Origin: Hormiphora californensis
Taxonomy: Eukaryota > Animalia > Ctenophora
Direction of reading: 5' to 3'
Length of the DNA: 64,000 nt
NCBI GenBank assembly: GCA_020137815.1
Contig: CM035359.1
Location: 744,001-808,000, forward strand
How positions within the stretch are numbered: position 1 is the first letter of the stretch; every line of letters starts with the position of its first letter. Shown here piece after piece: positions 33,114-46,600 of the stretch. Both the position numbers and the translations under genes were made by a program. The notes below the pieces were generated by a model. That model saw only the letters and a list, made by a program, of their open reading frames with translations, was not told the origin of the DNA and did not search any database.

Positions 33114-36019
33114 ATGCCACAATCGCTTGCAGATGTACTCAATGCAGCCCAGGCTGCACTTGACCATGGCACAGTTCCACCTCCCCCTTCATTTGCAGAC
33201 TACGTTTCGGGTAAGTGCTATATAGTAGAGTCGATAACTACATCGACCTCTCCCAATTGTTCCAGTTTTTGTCACATCTGTTTGGAGCCTCGACACGACC
33301 TCTAAACAGGTGTTACTTTTTCACAAACTGTTTTCATCTTGGTGTAATCAGCAGTTGAAATGTTGCTGATCATAACAAAAACCTGACTAAATTTTTTCAA
33401 CTTGGGGTAAAACCATGGGTGTCAAAAGTTAGCTCTAGGTCCCCTGAGTAACCATCCGGAGACTCTAAGAGATATTTCAAGCCGTTCTCCCGTAATCATT
33501 AATCCCGGTGGAGAAAAAAATACAATGCGGACGTACGTGAGCGCTGGCAGGCTGTTTACATGTTATTGTATGTCTCTCACTCTCTCTGGAAAAACCGCAC
33601 GTGCGGTTGCGCCGCGCGAGATAACTCTTTCTCAAGGGGGAGAAAAGAGAGAGACGCACATTAACGTTATACATTAAAGTTGAGGTTGTAGGCAATTGCA
33701 CGTACGTGCTGAAGAGGTAAGTTCTAAAGCAGTAGCTTAGCCGTAGCCTATACCATGAATTTTCTCTTGAATTTTACCTGTCACTGTCAGAGCTTCGTTT
33801 ATGTCTCTGCCCCTTGCCCACTTTCGTATTTTGTTTCAGGTATTACTACTGTATAGAAAAGAAAGTATGTCAATGTCCTGCCCGAATTACAACAACTCCA
33901 GATAGCAAGGAAGTCCTTACAAAATCCCAGAAACACAACCACCATGCGGATACAGACCGGCTTGCGGCTGCTCAATTGCATACAAGGTATTTATTAGGTT
34001 TTACTAACAATTCGTTTTGACGTTTTACATGATAGTACCACTACAACTGTATAACAATATATTGCTGTATGCATATGTGTGCAGTCGATATAATGACCCG
34101 ATCCTTTTTTTCAGGGTGAAAGACATGGCACAATCTGTTAAATCAACTGCGGAAGTCGTGGCTACAGCACTGGTGGGAGTTCCAGATCACCTAAAGGAAG
34201 AGGGTGTACCTGCTTGGGAATGTTTAGGACGCTCAGTGAGGGTGGAAAGGAAAAAGTTTGAGAACCACCCTTCAGGAAGCACAGCATCAGATGTGATTTT
34301 ACCACCAGAGTATATGGTTAGTAATGGCAACTCCCTCTTATTGTCTCTCTGCAATTGTCAAACTAATCTTGTCAGCTTGTCTCACTGCAACTGTCTGCTG
34401 TTGTCTAATATTGTCTAACTGCTGTTGTCTCACTGCAATTGTCTGCTGTTGTCTCTTGTTGTCTCACTGCTGTTGTCTCACTGCAATTGTCTGCTGTTGT
34501 CTGATATTGTCTAACTGCTGTTGTCTCACTGCAATTGTCTGCAACTGTCTGATATTGTCTAACTGCTGTTGTCTCACTGCAACTGTCTGATATTGTCTAA
34601 CTGCTGTTGTCTCACTGCAATTGTCTCTTGTTGTCTCACTGCTGTTGTCTCACTGCAACTGTCTGCTGTTGTCTCACTGCAACTGTCTGCTGTTGTCTGA
34701 TATTGTCTAACTGCTGTTGTCTCACTGCAACTGTCTCTTGTTGTCTCACTGCAACTGTCTGCTGTTGTCTAATATTGTCTAACTGCTGTTGTCTCACTGC
34801 AACTGTCTGCTGTTGTCTAATATTGTCTAACTGCTGTTGTCTCACTGCAATTGTCTGCAACTGTCTGATATTGTCTAACTGCTGTTGTCTCACTGCAACT
34901 GTCTGATATTGTCTAACTGCTGTTGTCTCACTGCAACTGTCTGATATTGTCTAACTGCTGTTGTCTCACTGCAATTGTCTCTTGTTGTCTCACTGCTGTT
35001 GTCTCACTGCAACTGTCTCTTGTATGTCGCTAATATCAACTATCTCACAACTCGTATTTTTGCAGGTTACCATGGGAGGAAAACAGTTTCTCCTGAGTGA
35101 CGAAAAGGCTCCCCATGGAAAGCGTGTCCTAGTCTTTGCTACTCAGTCTGGTCTTGATGCCCTCAGCAATACCTGCATTATATTTATTGACGGAACTTTC
35201 CAGACAGCCCCCCTTGGGTGGGAGCAGATTTTCATTATCAGAACAGAGCTAAAAGACTGTGAAGGGAGAGTTGCTATAGCATTTTGTCTCTTGGAGGACA
35301 AGAGGAAGCCTTCGTATTTAACGGCATTAAAGGCTATCTGTAAGGCTGCACCAGATTGGAAACCACGGGGAGTTATCAGTGATTTCGAAGTTAACATATT
35401 GCAATCTATCGAAGTCTGTTTCCCCGACGCTTGGATCCAGGGTTGTTGGTTTCATCTGCTGAAATGCTGGAGATTTCATATGAAGAAAGTTCCCGGGTGG
35501 AAAGACAATAGGGAACTGCAATTAAAACTACATTCCTGCTATGGACTGCCACATCTCCCGTCAGAAGAGATCATCGCTGCCTGGCTTTTCTTGGAGGCAG
35601 AAATCTTGACTGACTATCCAGAGGCTGCCGTCTTCTGTAGTTACATGACAGATACATGGATGGACGGACGTTACAGTACCCAGCTCTGGAGCTGTTACCT
35701 CAGAACGGTGACTGGAGAACACCGTACAAATAACATCTCTGAGGGATCTAACAACGCCCTTAGATCTCTTTTTGGATCAAAAAAACCTGTGATCTGGTCT
35801 TGGATCAAGACCATGAAGATCCATCAAGAGAAGACGGAGCTTGTCCTGGCACAGAGCCGTGTGGGACGAACAAACATCTCCCGGAAGAAGAAAAAGTACG
35901 TGGAGATGAGCAAAGCAATGCTGGAGCTCGTTTCAAACTACAACTATCTGGATGATGTGCAGAGACTGAATTTTGTTCGCAGAATGTCCCACTTCACCTC
36001 AAAGGGAAGATTGATATGA
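33114..36019 (+). CDS. MULE transposase (FLYWCH-type Zn finger plus DDE domain), spliced, ~474 aa
   Basis: Phase-compatible exons 33114-33210 and 33692-33716 (both tentative), 33840-33986 (YYYC...CPARI...HNH), 34115-34316 and 35066-36019 (IFIDGTF, ISDFE, CWFH, RTNNISEGSNN). Confidence 0.88.
34370..35022. repeat. Compound minisatellite in the last transposase intron
   Basis: Shuffled modules tgttgtctcactgcaactgtct and gatattgtctaactgc. Confidence 0.9.
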
Positions 36020-36712
36020 AACTGACAGTATTTTTATGACGAGTTATAACCATCTGGTATATATATGTGTGTGTATTGTGTACCCAATGTTTAAGATGTC
36101 ATTGTCATGTTAGCCGGTATACTGATACCAGTGATTTTGTTAAATACTTATAACAATATGTAATACATTTTACTTTTACCAGTTGTAATGAAATACGTTT
36201 TATTTTTCATCATATAACTAAATACCGGCTTCGTGAATAAAAGGCCAGCCCCACCTAAAGCGAAGCCATGAGAATCCCCTATCGTGATATGAATCGTGTA
36301 ATTGAATCGTACATCGGCTCAGCTCTAATTGACGGTAGCTTACACACAAGTTGGTATGGATGTGTCGAGTTGGTATGGAAGCGTTATAGAGTCTTTAATA
36401 CCCTCCATACCAACTCTCTAATAATAATCTATGAGTTGGTATGGAGGTCACTAAACCTCACAAAACGCCTCCATACCAACACCCTCCATACCTATGTGGT
36501 ATGGAGGATGTTGGTATGGAGGGTATTGGTATGGAAGTGTGGAACCGTCATTGAGCGCTGAGAACTGAGGTCTCAGGGAATAGCCGTCATTGAGCGCTGA
36601 GAACTGAGGTCTCAGGGAATAGCCGTCATTGAGCGCTGAGAACTGATGTCTCAGTGGTAAATAGTATGACCTGAATCTGAGGTTCAGGCACGACTGTTTT
36701 CCCCCATTTGTA

Positions 36713-37018
36713 TGAGGGGCGCGCGGCTATAAACTGTAACACGCGGCAAAATTTGTTTTATATCGGCCGCGCGTTTTGATCTTGTTTCAACAAGAATTAT
36801 TTGCATTATGTATCCATAATGCTACGTTTCCCTGCCCTCTTCGCTATTCAACTCGCCCAACGAGTAAGCTGTCCGCAAAATGGGGATTTGTGTTTTTCGA
36901 ATTTTTGAACAAAACGCAGAACAGATTTTTCAATTTCTCCATTTTCCCCGATCAAAACGCGCGGCCGATATAAAACAAATTTTGCCGCGTGTTACAGTTT
37001 ATAGCCGCGCGCCCCTCA
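36713..37018. mobile_element. Tc1/mariner-type MITE
   Basis: ~69-bp perfect TIR tgaggggcgcgcggctataaac...; TA on both sides. Confidence 0.88.
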
Positions 37019-37391
37019 TAAAATTTCAATTGTTTGCGTGTGCGCATGTTACTCCGCAAGTGTCAGATCGCGCGCGCCGTGAGGTTGCCCCTCGCAACGA
37101 AAGTGTGACCAAAAAATGTCCCTCTACCGATTAGTTAGTATACCAAAATGTCGTTTTCGAATTCTAATTTCTAACCCTGCTATACCTTTTTACAAAGTAA
37201 AAAGGCATCCGGGTGAATGCCTTCGGCATTTACCCGGGCAGGGAAAAATCATTTAATAATTGTTGAGTGTTCTTTTAAAACAAACCTGAATCTCTGTAGA
37301 AAAATCAGCTCAGTTTCTGCGTGGGCTGCAAGTTCCTCGGCTGTCGTTGGATAACCCTTTCCCTCCCTGACCACCGGGTCAATTTGGATCT

Positions 37392-37825
37392 GAGGGGGGG
37401 GGGGGGTTAATTTGATATTGGGGGCGGGGTGGGGAGGGGTGGGGTGGGGGGTTAGTTTGATATTAGGGTGGGGTGGAGGGTTAAGTTGATATTGGTAATT
37501 GGGGTGGGGTGGGGTGGGGTGGAGACTGGAGGGTTAGTTTGATATGGGGGGGGGGCGGGGTGGGAAGGGTTAAGTTGATATTGGGGTGGGGTGGGGGTGT
37601 GGTGGAGGGTTAATTTGATATTGGAGTGGGGTGGGAAGGGTTAATTTAATATTGGGGTGGGGCGGGGTGGGGGTGGGGTGGAGGGTAAATTTGATATTGG
37701 GGTGGGGCGGGATGGGGTGGGGTGGAGGGTTAATTTGATATTTTGATATTGGGGTGGGGCGGGGTGGGGTGGGGCGGAGGGTTAATTTAATATTGGTGTG
37801 GGCCGTGGGGTGGAAGGGGAGGGTT
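37392..37825. repeat. G-rich minisatellite (G4-prone)
   Basis: Repeats of gggttaatttgatattggggtggggtggg. Confidence 0.85.
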
Positions 37826-38135
37826 GTTGGACTGTAATGTAGTTGTGAGACAATTGAAGGGGATTGATCGGAGAATGCCACCTTTTGTAAAACTGAACAA
37901 TTCCAGGATGTAAAGTAGCACGGCCTCATTAACAGCTATATCACACAATGACTATAATATATCACACCCTGTCAGATTGACCGAGGGAGCAGGGTGGCAC
38001 CTTGTATTATAGGAGTCACACCTCTATCTAGGTGTGGATTTCACACCTCATTGGGGATCAGGTGCCTACTACTACCTACAGCTAGTACTACTATTATAAA
38101 ACAGCTATCCAGTAAGGGACCACATTTCTGTCGTG

Positions 38136-39619
38136 ATGTATTGTTTGTTGCTGGTTGTGGCTCTTGTTGGTTCAGTACAGGGGGATAGTGTTGTGGTGAC
38201 GAGTAAGGAGGGTTCACAATCCAGACCAGCACCCTGTTCAAGAGTGTGCTCCGGTACCACAGGTAATTATAATACTGATTAATTAACATAATCACTCTAA
38301 TTGACTAATTGAATAACCAGTGGTTATTCAATTAGTGATTAGAGTTATTAACCACCCTAATCACTCTAATTACTATATTTTGACTAATTGATTAATTGTA
38401 TAATAATATATTACCACCCTAATCACTCTGATTAATAATTGACTATTACCACTCTAATCACTCTAATAATTAGTTTGCTAATTACTCTAATCACTCTATT
38501 TGCAGCAAGGGGTAAGACCCCATGGGTAAGATATGGCGAGACCGGTGTTAAAGTTAGTGTAGATATTAGTGGATGTGGTTTTGTTGAGGTACCCAACATT
38601 GTAACATCTCTAGAGGGAAGAAGTCATCACTGGATCGTGCAAGGTAACTATAAGTTAATTAATAATTAATTAGTTAATTAATTAGTTCAAGGTAACTAGT
38701 TAATTAATAATTAATTAGTCCATCTAGTTCTCCTACATACTAAGGGTTGAGCTAAATAGTAAAAGTATATCCCCTAACTATTTGTGCGTGGTATTGATAT
38801 ATGACATAATGTATTACAAAAAGGGTATTCCTATGGAACAGCATGTTGAGGAGGAGTAACAAGTAAATATCTTAGCATATTATATTGTGAACTTTTCCCA
38901 TGTAGTTGGGAAGTGGGGAAGCAAGTATACGAACCATGATATTTGAATATTAATACTATATTTGACATGTATTATGGTTTAACTTTCTTTATAATTTATC
39001 GCTCCTCTACCACCTCTTTCGACTGAATATAAGATATGTTATGATATATACTAAACAGCTGTAGATATTGAAACAGCTGCAGATATGAAACATGGGAATA
39101 TGGGGATAATATTCCTAATATGGATGGATAACTATAAACGAGAAGAGATTGGTTCGTGTCTAATGATTTGTACTTTAGGTGCCTCGTCCGTGTACAACGC
39201 TACCCCAACTACATTTACCATCTACCTTACACTCAACAACAGATCCGACATCTATAATGTGAGTTCTAATAATCCATTTGGATGAAATGTTCATAGATTT
39301 CATGAAGTTGCACAGGAAAATATACAGCGCTATATGGATATATGTATAGTGTCATGCGTACACTATAACAGGGGTCAATAGAGTTTGTTCATTGCAATGT
39401 TCAATCAAATAGTTAAAATGAAATATATCTGCCAGTTCAATCAGTTTATTTAACCTAGTGCGCCTTGTTCACGTGTTCAACCTTGTTTAACACGTGTAGT
39501 TTGTTTAACACGTGCAGTTTGTTTAACACGTGAACCAATTGTTTAACACGTGTCCCTTTCAGTTCGCTCATGCTGACAAATGGAATGTGGATTGGGTAGC
39601 AGTCGGTTACATTTGTTAG
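38136..39619 (+). CDS. Complete 4-exon secreted protein, 133 aa, single beta-rich domain (H-type-lectin/tail-fibre-like, uncharacterised)
   Basis: Exons 38136-38262, 38506-38643, 39179-39258 and 39563-39619 are all AG/GT and in phase: MYCLLLVVALVGSVQG-DSV...PCSRVCSGTTARGKTPWVRYGETGVKVSVDISGCGFVEVPNIVTSLEGRSHHWIVQGASSVYNATPTTFTIYL...WNVDWVAVGYIC*. Confidence 0.88.
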
Positions 39620-41280
39620 TCTGAACACGTGGTACTTGGGGACATGTTAGCCTGAACACGTGGTACTCATGGGGATCAGTGATATGTAATGGATTTAGAT
39701 TTGTAATTACTAATTCATTAATGAATTGAGATTTGTAATGTCTGCCTGAACTTTGATTCAGTTCCCACCACTACAAATACACAGCTGCACGTCCTTGGTT
39801 ACGAAGTCACCCCTATTATTGCTAGCGCAGAGGGGGAATTTCATTACCAATGCACGTCCCTAGTATTAGTGTGATATGCAGCCGTATCATGACATGATGT
39901 CAAAATATCGCATTCAAGAACTTAATGGTCACCCAATGGTTTCCATGTCACCTTAGAAACCAACCCGTTACATAAGGGATCCTACTAGCTAAATATCATA
40001 CTGTTATTGTTGACCCGATCTGAGCGCACTCTCGCGGGTACTTACCCTACTTGCTGAATGCCCTACTTGCCGAATTAAATGGTCGGTAGGGAGGGCATTC
40101 GGCAGGTAGGGTAGGATGTATTGTCGGTGGAGAGGGTTAGGGTTACAGTTATTTACTGTGACGGCCGTTTATATCATTTTATTAAACTATTTAGTAAATC
40201 ACAGCACGAGACCTGACATCGCGATTTTAAGATCTAATGGGAGCGGGTTATATTTTTAATATATGCAATAATATTGCATATATATCCAGTACTAACATGT
40301 CGCCCCCCCCCCTGATCCCTTATATTTCTCACTTATGATATTTTATCGATATATATATTTTATCGAAAACTATCGATAAATTCAAGATACTTCATGGAGC
40401 CCCTCGGCTACTTATCAGATAAGTTATCTCTTCCTCGCGAGACTGCCCTGTCAGATAGCATGGAGCCCAGAACCTGTCAAATATGGTGTGTGCGAGACTA
40501 CTAGATTCCTTCTGTCATATATGGTGTGTGCGAGACTACTAGGATCTTCCCCTGTCATATATTGACAAGCAAGTAGCAAGTAGCTTGTAGCAAGAAGCAA
40601 GTAACTTGTAGTAAACCTCCAGACAGGAAACAAACAGACTGTCATTATACATGTCATAATATAATACTGGTAAATATATGTCATATAATGCTGGTAAATA
40701 TATGTCATGAGTTATTTGAGCTGGCGCGGCCATTGCAATTTGGCACTGGACGCCCTGTTATTACTTATTTTCCCCTTGATGAGAAATGATAAACTTAATG
40801 CCATCTTCCTTGAAAGAAGGGAATTGGGTTTCCAATCTTAATTATCACATGACGAGACTAACAGTGACAGTAATCTAAAGATCACCATGGTGACAGTAAT
40901 GTGATATGCTGTTCAACCAATATATAGAGAGGTGCAGGGGCTTATTTTTGGGTATCTGGTATAATTCATACTTTATCATTTAGGATAAAGTATCATGTGT
41001 TTGGACTGCTGCAGAATCACACTCATGTGACATGGTCAGATCACATATATGGGATACATGAATTAGACAACCAATCAGGAGGACCTTCTCACATGTCACA
41101 ATTTCATTAGAAGTTCACCCACCTCATCCAAGCCTTTAACTTGACAACCTTTCAAATATATAGAGTTGAAAGTCCTTCAATGAAGGTCGGTAAAAGCGAT
41201 AATTGGGGGGGGGGGGGGGGAGAAATCCCAGGAAATTAGGATATCACAATCCTTTTGCGCTTCACAGATTGTATGATAAA

Positions 41281-41568
41281 GTTCAAGAGCCTCCAAGAAC
41301 GGACCACACCCAGAAGAGACCACTCCAAGAGCGGACCACACCCAGAAGAGACTACTCCAAGAGCGGACCCGATCAAGAAGAGATCACGCGCAGGGGATAT
41401 ACCACACACCCAGAAGATGTCCGCGCGGCGTTGCACTTGGGCATGTGACATCTTTTGCACGTGGTATCCCTTACGCGTGCACGTGGTAGCTCTTCTGCAC
41501 GTGGTAGCTCTTCTAGACGGGGTGCTCTCCTGGTCACCGCTCTTGGATGCTCTTGGAGGCTCTTGAAC
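41281..41568. mobile_element. MITE with internal 32-bp repeats
   Basis: TIR gttcaagagcctccaaga / tcttggaggctcttgaac. Confidence 0.65.
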
Positions 41569-41787
41569 ACTTCATTATGGTTCACTATACACTACACCGT
41601 CTATATTCTTTGAGAAAATAGCACAATTCGTATGAGCATATTTTGCTGTCCTATTTTCTTCATGATCTCATTAATTCGCCGTGTAATTACATGTAAGTGA
41701 TTGGGACAAAGGCTCACCACCATTATAGGGAGGATCAAAGTCTCCTGACTCTAATGGAGACATACTGGAGTTGGTCGCACGCGTTGA

Positions 41788-42129
41788 GATCTCAACCGCG
41801 TGATACACACTGAAGTTTCGAAGTTTTTCGGCTGAGAAATCATTTGTAAGAGGCTAATTTCTTTACTGGTACATCTCTCGAGGTGTACTTTATCCAATAT
41901 CCATACTGAGTCAATTTCACCGTTTTTTGGTACTTTTGGCTAAACCGGTCACAGTTGTGAGTTGTCCCATTTCACCAAAAACGGTACTTTACTTACTCAG
42001 TGTGGATAAAGGACGCCTCGAGAGATGTACCAGTGAAGAAATTAGCCTCTTGGAAATGATTCTAAAATGGTTGATTCCATATTTCCGTGAAACTTCGAAC
42101 TTTGCAGTGTGTGTCACGCGGTTGAGATC
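41788..42129. mobile_element. 342-bp MITE with a 4-bp TSD (TTGA)
   Basis: ttga|gatctcaaccgcgtga ... tcacgcggttgagatc|ttga, with ~110-bp imperfect arms. Confidence 0.8.
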
Positions 42130-42594
42130 TTGAACAGACATAAATTATCTGGGGGTTTAAATTCTTCCCAAACTTGCATCAGCATATATTTGAGTTTTTT
42201 TCCCACAACATGTATATATTATAAGCTGTAATCATATCTTACTATATAATGCGAAAAGGGGTGAAACTTGATCCCCCCATGCATGTTTGGTGGTCCCTAA
42301 ATCGTCGTCATCAAGATCAGATCACATCACCCAAAATGCATGATTAGATCACCCCACTGAGGATCAGATCCCCCCCCATGATCAGATCATCCCATTGAGG
42401 ATCAGATCACCCCACCCATGATCAGATCACCCCACTGAGGATCAGATCATCCCAGTGAGTATCAGATCCCACATTTCACCCAGTAGTCCACTGTGCGTGA
42501 TGAGATCCCCATATAGAGTAGAAAATTGGCGAAGACAGAGAGAGAAAGAGAGACAGACAGAGACAGAGAGAATGAGCGACGGGCTCGGCCCCTC

Positions 42595-42624
42595 TCGGCC
42601 GAAGGCCGAATTACATTGACTAGT
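42595..42624 (+). mobile_element. Helitron-like 3' terminus
   Basis: Hairpin tcggcc-gaa-ggccga, 10 nt, then CTAG|T. Confidence 0.55.
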
Positions 42625-43677
42625 AAAAATATAATACGTTTAGGAGCATTCTCTTTGTCTCGTTCTCAACAATGTCTATTAGACATGGTATGGGAGGGGA
42701 GGGGCAGCGTAGCTAGTTCGAGACTGCAAAATATTGTTGTATATCGCACCATCATGCAGCTAACTAATACCATATATAATACCCTGTATATAGCACATAT
42801 ATATACTATAGCACATATATATACTGCCACAGCGCACCACGCGTTAGTTTCCCAGCAAACATATAAATGGGGTGGCACCTATTAGATATGGGGTATTTTT
42901 AAGATTGGGGGGATTCTGTTCTGCAGTTCCATAGAACGACTATATAATATCAGTTTCAAACTTTAATCAACTACAATGTAAAACTATTTATCGGATGCTT
43001 ATTGTAATGGGGAACATGCCAGCTGTGTCTATGTCACCAAGGGAAAAGAGCCATTTGAATTTTCTGTGATGGCAATGCCACAGCCCCATACCTCACCGAG
43101 TGTCTTGCTGATTAATATACTTACTTTTCAACACTACTTTATTAATTTGAGAAGGAGAAAACTAAACTTCCTCACTAATATACTTACTATAATAAGAACT
43201 ACTAACTGTTCAACTTTAACCAATTTATTAAACTTCCTTATATTTATGTTGTATTATCATTCCAGTTCTAAATTATACTAAATTATTCTAATTCTACGCC
43301 TGAATTCAAGTTGCTACTAAACTATCCGCACTCCTTTTGACTGATAAATTTCTGTTCTAAAAGCAAAGCAGGGAAAGTAGCTAAATAACTTCTCAGCTGT
43401 GCTAAAAGAAAAGCAGGGAAAGTAGCTAAATCATTCAACTAATATAATAATAACTAATCCAAACAAAACTCATTCTTGCAATTGCAGCCATGTAATATTC
43501 ACTACATAATTAACAGTAGTAATTAGTAATTCAGAGATACATGGCTATGTGATGGTGTTTGTGTATCATGAAGTAACAATGAATTGAACACACATTACCT
43601 GGTATCCAAGACACCTCACACTCAGGCCGCTTCGCGCGCCGGCAAGGGAGGGGTAACTTCGTTACCAAACACGTTAC

Positions 43678-46600
43678 CTGGTATCCAAGACACCTCACAC
43701 TCAGGGAGTGTTACCAAACACGTTACCTGATCATCAGGGTGTATTCTGCAGACAAACTGCCTCGTTTGTTTCTCATTGTGGGCAGGTAAGGTATCCAGCT
43801 GTATCCTCTGGGCCGGTCCCCCTCCATGCTTTATTAGCCGTGTATCTGACGACTGCAAAGACGTGTGTTATTATAGGCTAATATAATGGGTTACATGTGC
43901 AGGTTAATAAACGATAATCTCTGTTTAACATTAAATCGGAGTTTTACTTGAGTCACTGACGGCCCGCCCTCTGTTAAATTGTGCTACATACTGATACATG
44001 ACAAGTATTTTGTTACATTTTATGCCGTTTTATGTTGAATCTTAAATATTATATCGAGAGAACTATTATAACATGTGCACCACTAGTATTATAAATTTAA
44101 TATGTGGTAATGTATGTGAGACATAAGGGTGCAGCATTATATTCAGTGATATAGCTGATAAATCTACTCTTGCAGACTTTAAAAGCTTTTTCCTTTAGAT
44201 TTTAAAGTTTTTAAAAAGATACGCTTCATACACATTTATTGTATGCTACATTATGAAATATTTTATGAAGGAGCACTGCATTGCTGCATTTCTAAATAAA
44301 AGCACATATTTTATCTTCTATTATAAGTTGGAATTAGTGTCGCTAGCAACCGTTTTTGCACGTGCAAATTAAAAAAGGGATGGGTTGGTTGATTCTGCAC
44401 GTGCAGATGGGTATAACAGCGGAAGGGCAGTGCTGTTGGGCAAGAGTGAACGGACACTGTAAATCAACGGGTTTTCTTGTCTTCTATTATACTTACAGCC
44501 TGTACATATCTAACTATATCTAATGCAAATTTGCACGGAAATGTGACACCCTATCGTCAGTGTGACGACGTGATCCGTCAGTGTGACGACGTGATCCGTC
44601 AGTGTGACGACATGATCCGTCAGTGTGACGACGTGATTCGTAGGTATCACGTATCACACGTGTTTAGAACTGCTTGCGACTTGAGGGGTCACATCACATG
44701 TATAAAAGGGAGAGAAAGAGAGAAAAAGAGAGGAATCACATCACATAGCATATAGCAGACAGGCAGAGAGAAAAACATAGAAACAGACCCCTCGATTTGC
44801 GATCGGTACGATCGCCCCAGTTTTGCTAGTTTTAATAATATGGAAAAATAGACAGTTCATGTGTTGCCACGTTAGATATGAGTCTCATTATCAATAAGTT
44901 GATGTAATAAATAGGGACAAATTGAGACTCGTTGATTTTATTTCAGGAATAACTCGACGTTTCGCCGTTCGACGGCATCATCAGGATAATCTCAAATTAA
45001 TTTGTTTAAAGTAGTGTTGAAAAGTTTGAAAAAAAAAATTAATTTGAGATTATCCTGATGATGCCGTCGAACGGCGAAACGTCGAGTTATTCCTGAAATA
45101 AAATCAACGAGTCTCAATTTGTCCCTATTTATTACATCAACTTAAAATAGACAGTTTCTAAGTAATTTGGATAAAATAATTTTCATCATTTAAACCTTTA
45201 GTACCAATAGTGTTCGGACCTCTCCGGGTTTGAAGAACACAACACATATTGTTTTAATCAACTTTTGTAAAATGCTGTTTGACGGTGCTGATCAAAACCA
45301 GGAAACAGACGGTTATCCGAACCGAACCGAAACCGAACCGAACCGAACCGAACCGAACCGAACCGAACCGAACCGAACCGAACCGAACCGAACCGAACCG
45401 AACCGAACCGAACCGAACCGAACCGAACCGAACCGAACCGAACCGAACCGAACCGAACCGAACCGAACCGAACCGAACCGAACCGAACCGAACCGAACCG
45501 AACCGAACCGAACCGAACCGAACCGAACCGAACCGAACCGAACCGAACCGAACCGAACCGAACCGAACCGAACCGAACCGAACCGAACCGAACCGAACCG
45601 AACCGAACCGAACCGAAAAAAAGTTTGAGCTCCACAAACCGAACCGAACAGAAAAAAAATTCGACCTCTATGAACCGAACCGAATCAAAGAGTTTTTTGA
45701 CCTCCATGCCATAAAACGAACCGAACCGAACCGAAAAAATGTTTGACCTCCATAAACCGAACCGAACCGAACCGAAAAAATTTTTGGCCTCCATAAACCG
45801 AACCGAACCGAAAAAATTTTTGACCTCCATAAACCGAACCGAACAAAATTTTTGTCTCCATAAACCGAACCGAACCGAACTTGAAAATCGTAAACCGTAT
45901 GTTTCCTTTAATCAAAACAGGGTCTGCAGCACCATAGACTTTGGTTGGTTGGTTGGTATGAGTGATTTGACTTTGCATCTGAATGAAAACCATAGTGGTT
46001 TCATGTCATTTAGACATTTAGTACAAGACAATAAATATAATTCCGGGGAAGTTTATTCGCAATTTAACTCTGTGTGGCAACGTTTTTCTAAGAAGGTTCC
46101 ATTCAAGCGGTCTAAAAACCATTCATGCATTTTTACTAAATACCATTCAGGTGTGGTCGCGTTTAGTAAAAGGTATTGCCATACATAGCTAAAGTTTGCC
46201 TGGCTAGACTGTGCTTCGGGCGCCCCGAAGTAAGGGAAGGGTTAGAATATAACATAGCTAAAGTACTAAATACCGTAATCTGGGGTAACTTTGTTTTGCA
46301 GGGTAACTTTTGACACTTTCAAAATTTGACTTCAGTCCAAAATTACCAACAGAATAACAGATAACGAGAGATTTGGAAACTCTTTTGGATGTTCTGAATA
46401 ATGAGTTCAGAGCAAGAATTAAATAGGGAAGAAAATCGAAAAATACTGGGTTTGACCTGGAATTGAACCAGGGATCTCCAGAGAGACATGCTCGGAGCTA
46501 TAAACCACTAAGCTACCAAACCCTATATATAGTCCTAAACAAGAGGGTTCATTTATTTATCATTGCAAAATGTGTCCAAAGTTACCCCACCCTCATTCCA

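Larger units (their letters stand above)
32315..36546 (+). mobile_element. Full-length Mutator/MULE DNA transposon
   Basis: ~300-bp TIRs (32315-~32637 and ~36245-36546) rich in cctccataccaa subrepeats. TSD gtcattgag at 32306-32314 and 36547-36555, inside a 39-bp tandem repeat. Confidence 0.93.

Noticed and set aside
34324-35065. Cys-rich (metallothionein-like) ORFs and the N-terminus of ORF 34961
   Set aside because: Intronic minisatellite between a GT at 34317 and an AG at 35065 of the transposase gene.
45230-45830. (NRTEP)n and (FGSVR)n ORFs
   Set aside because: Translations of (GAACC)n.
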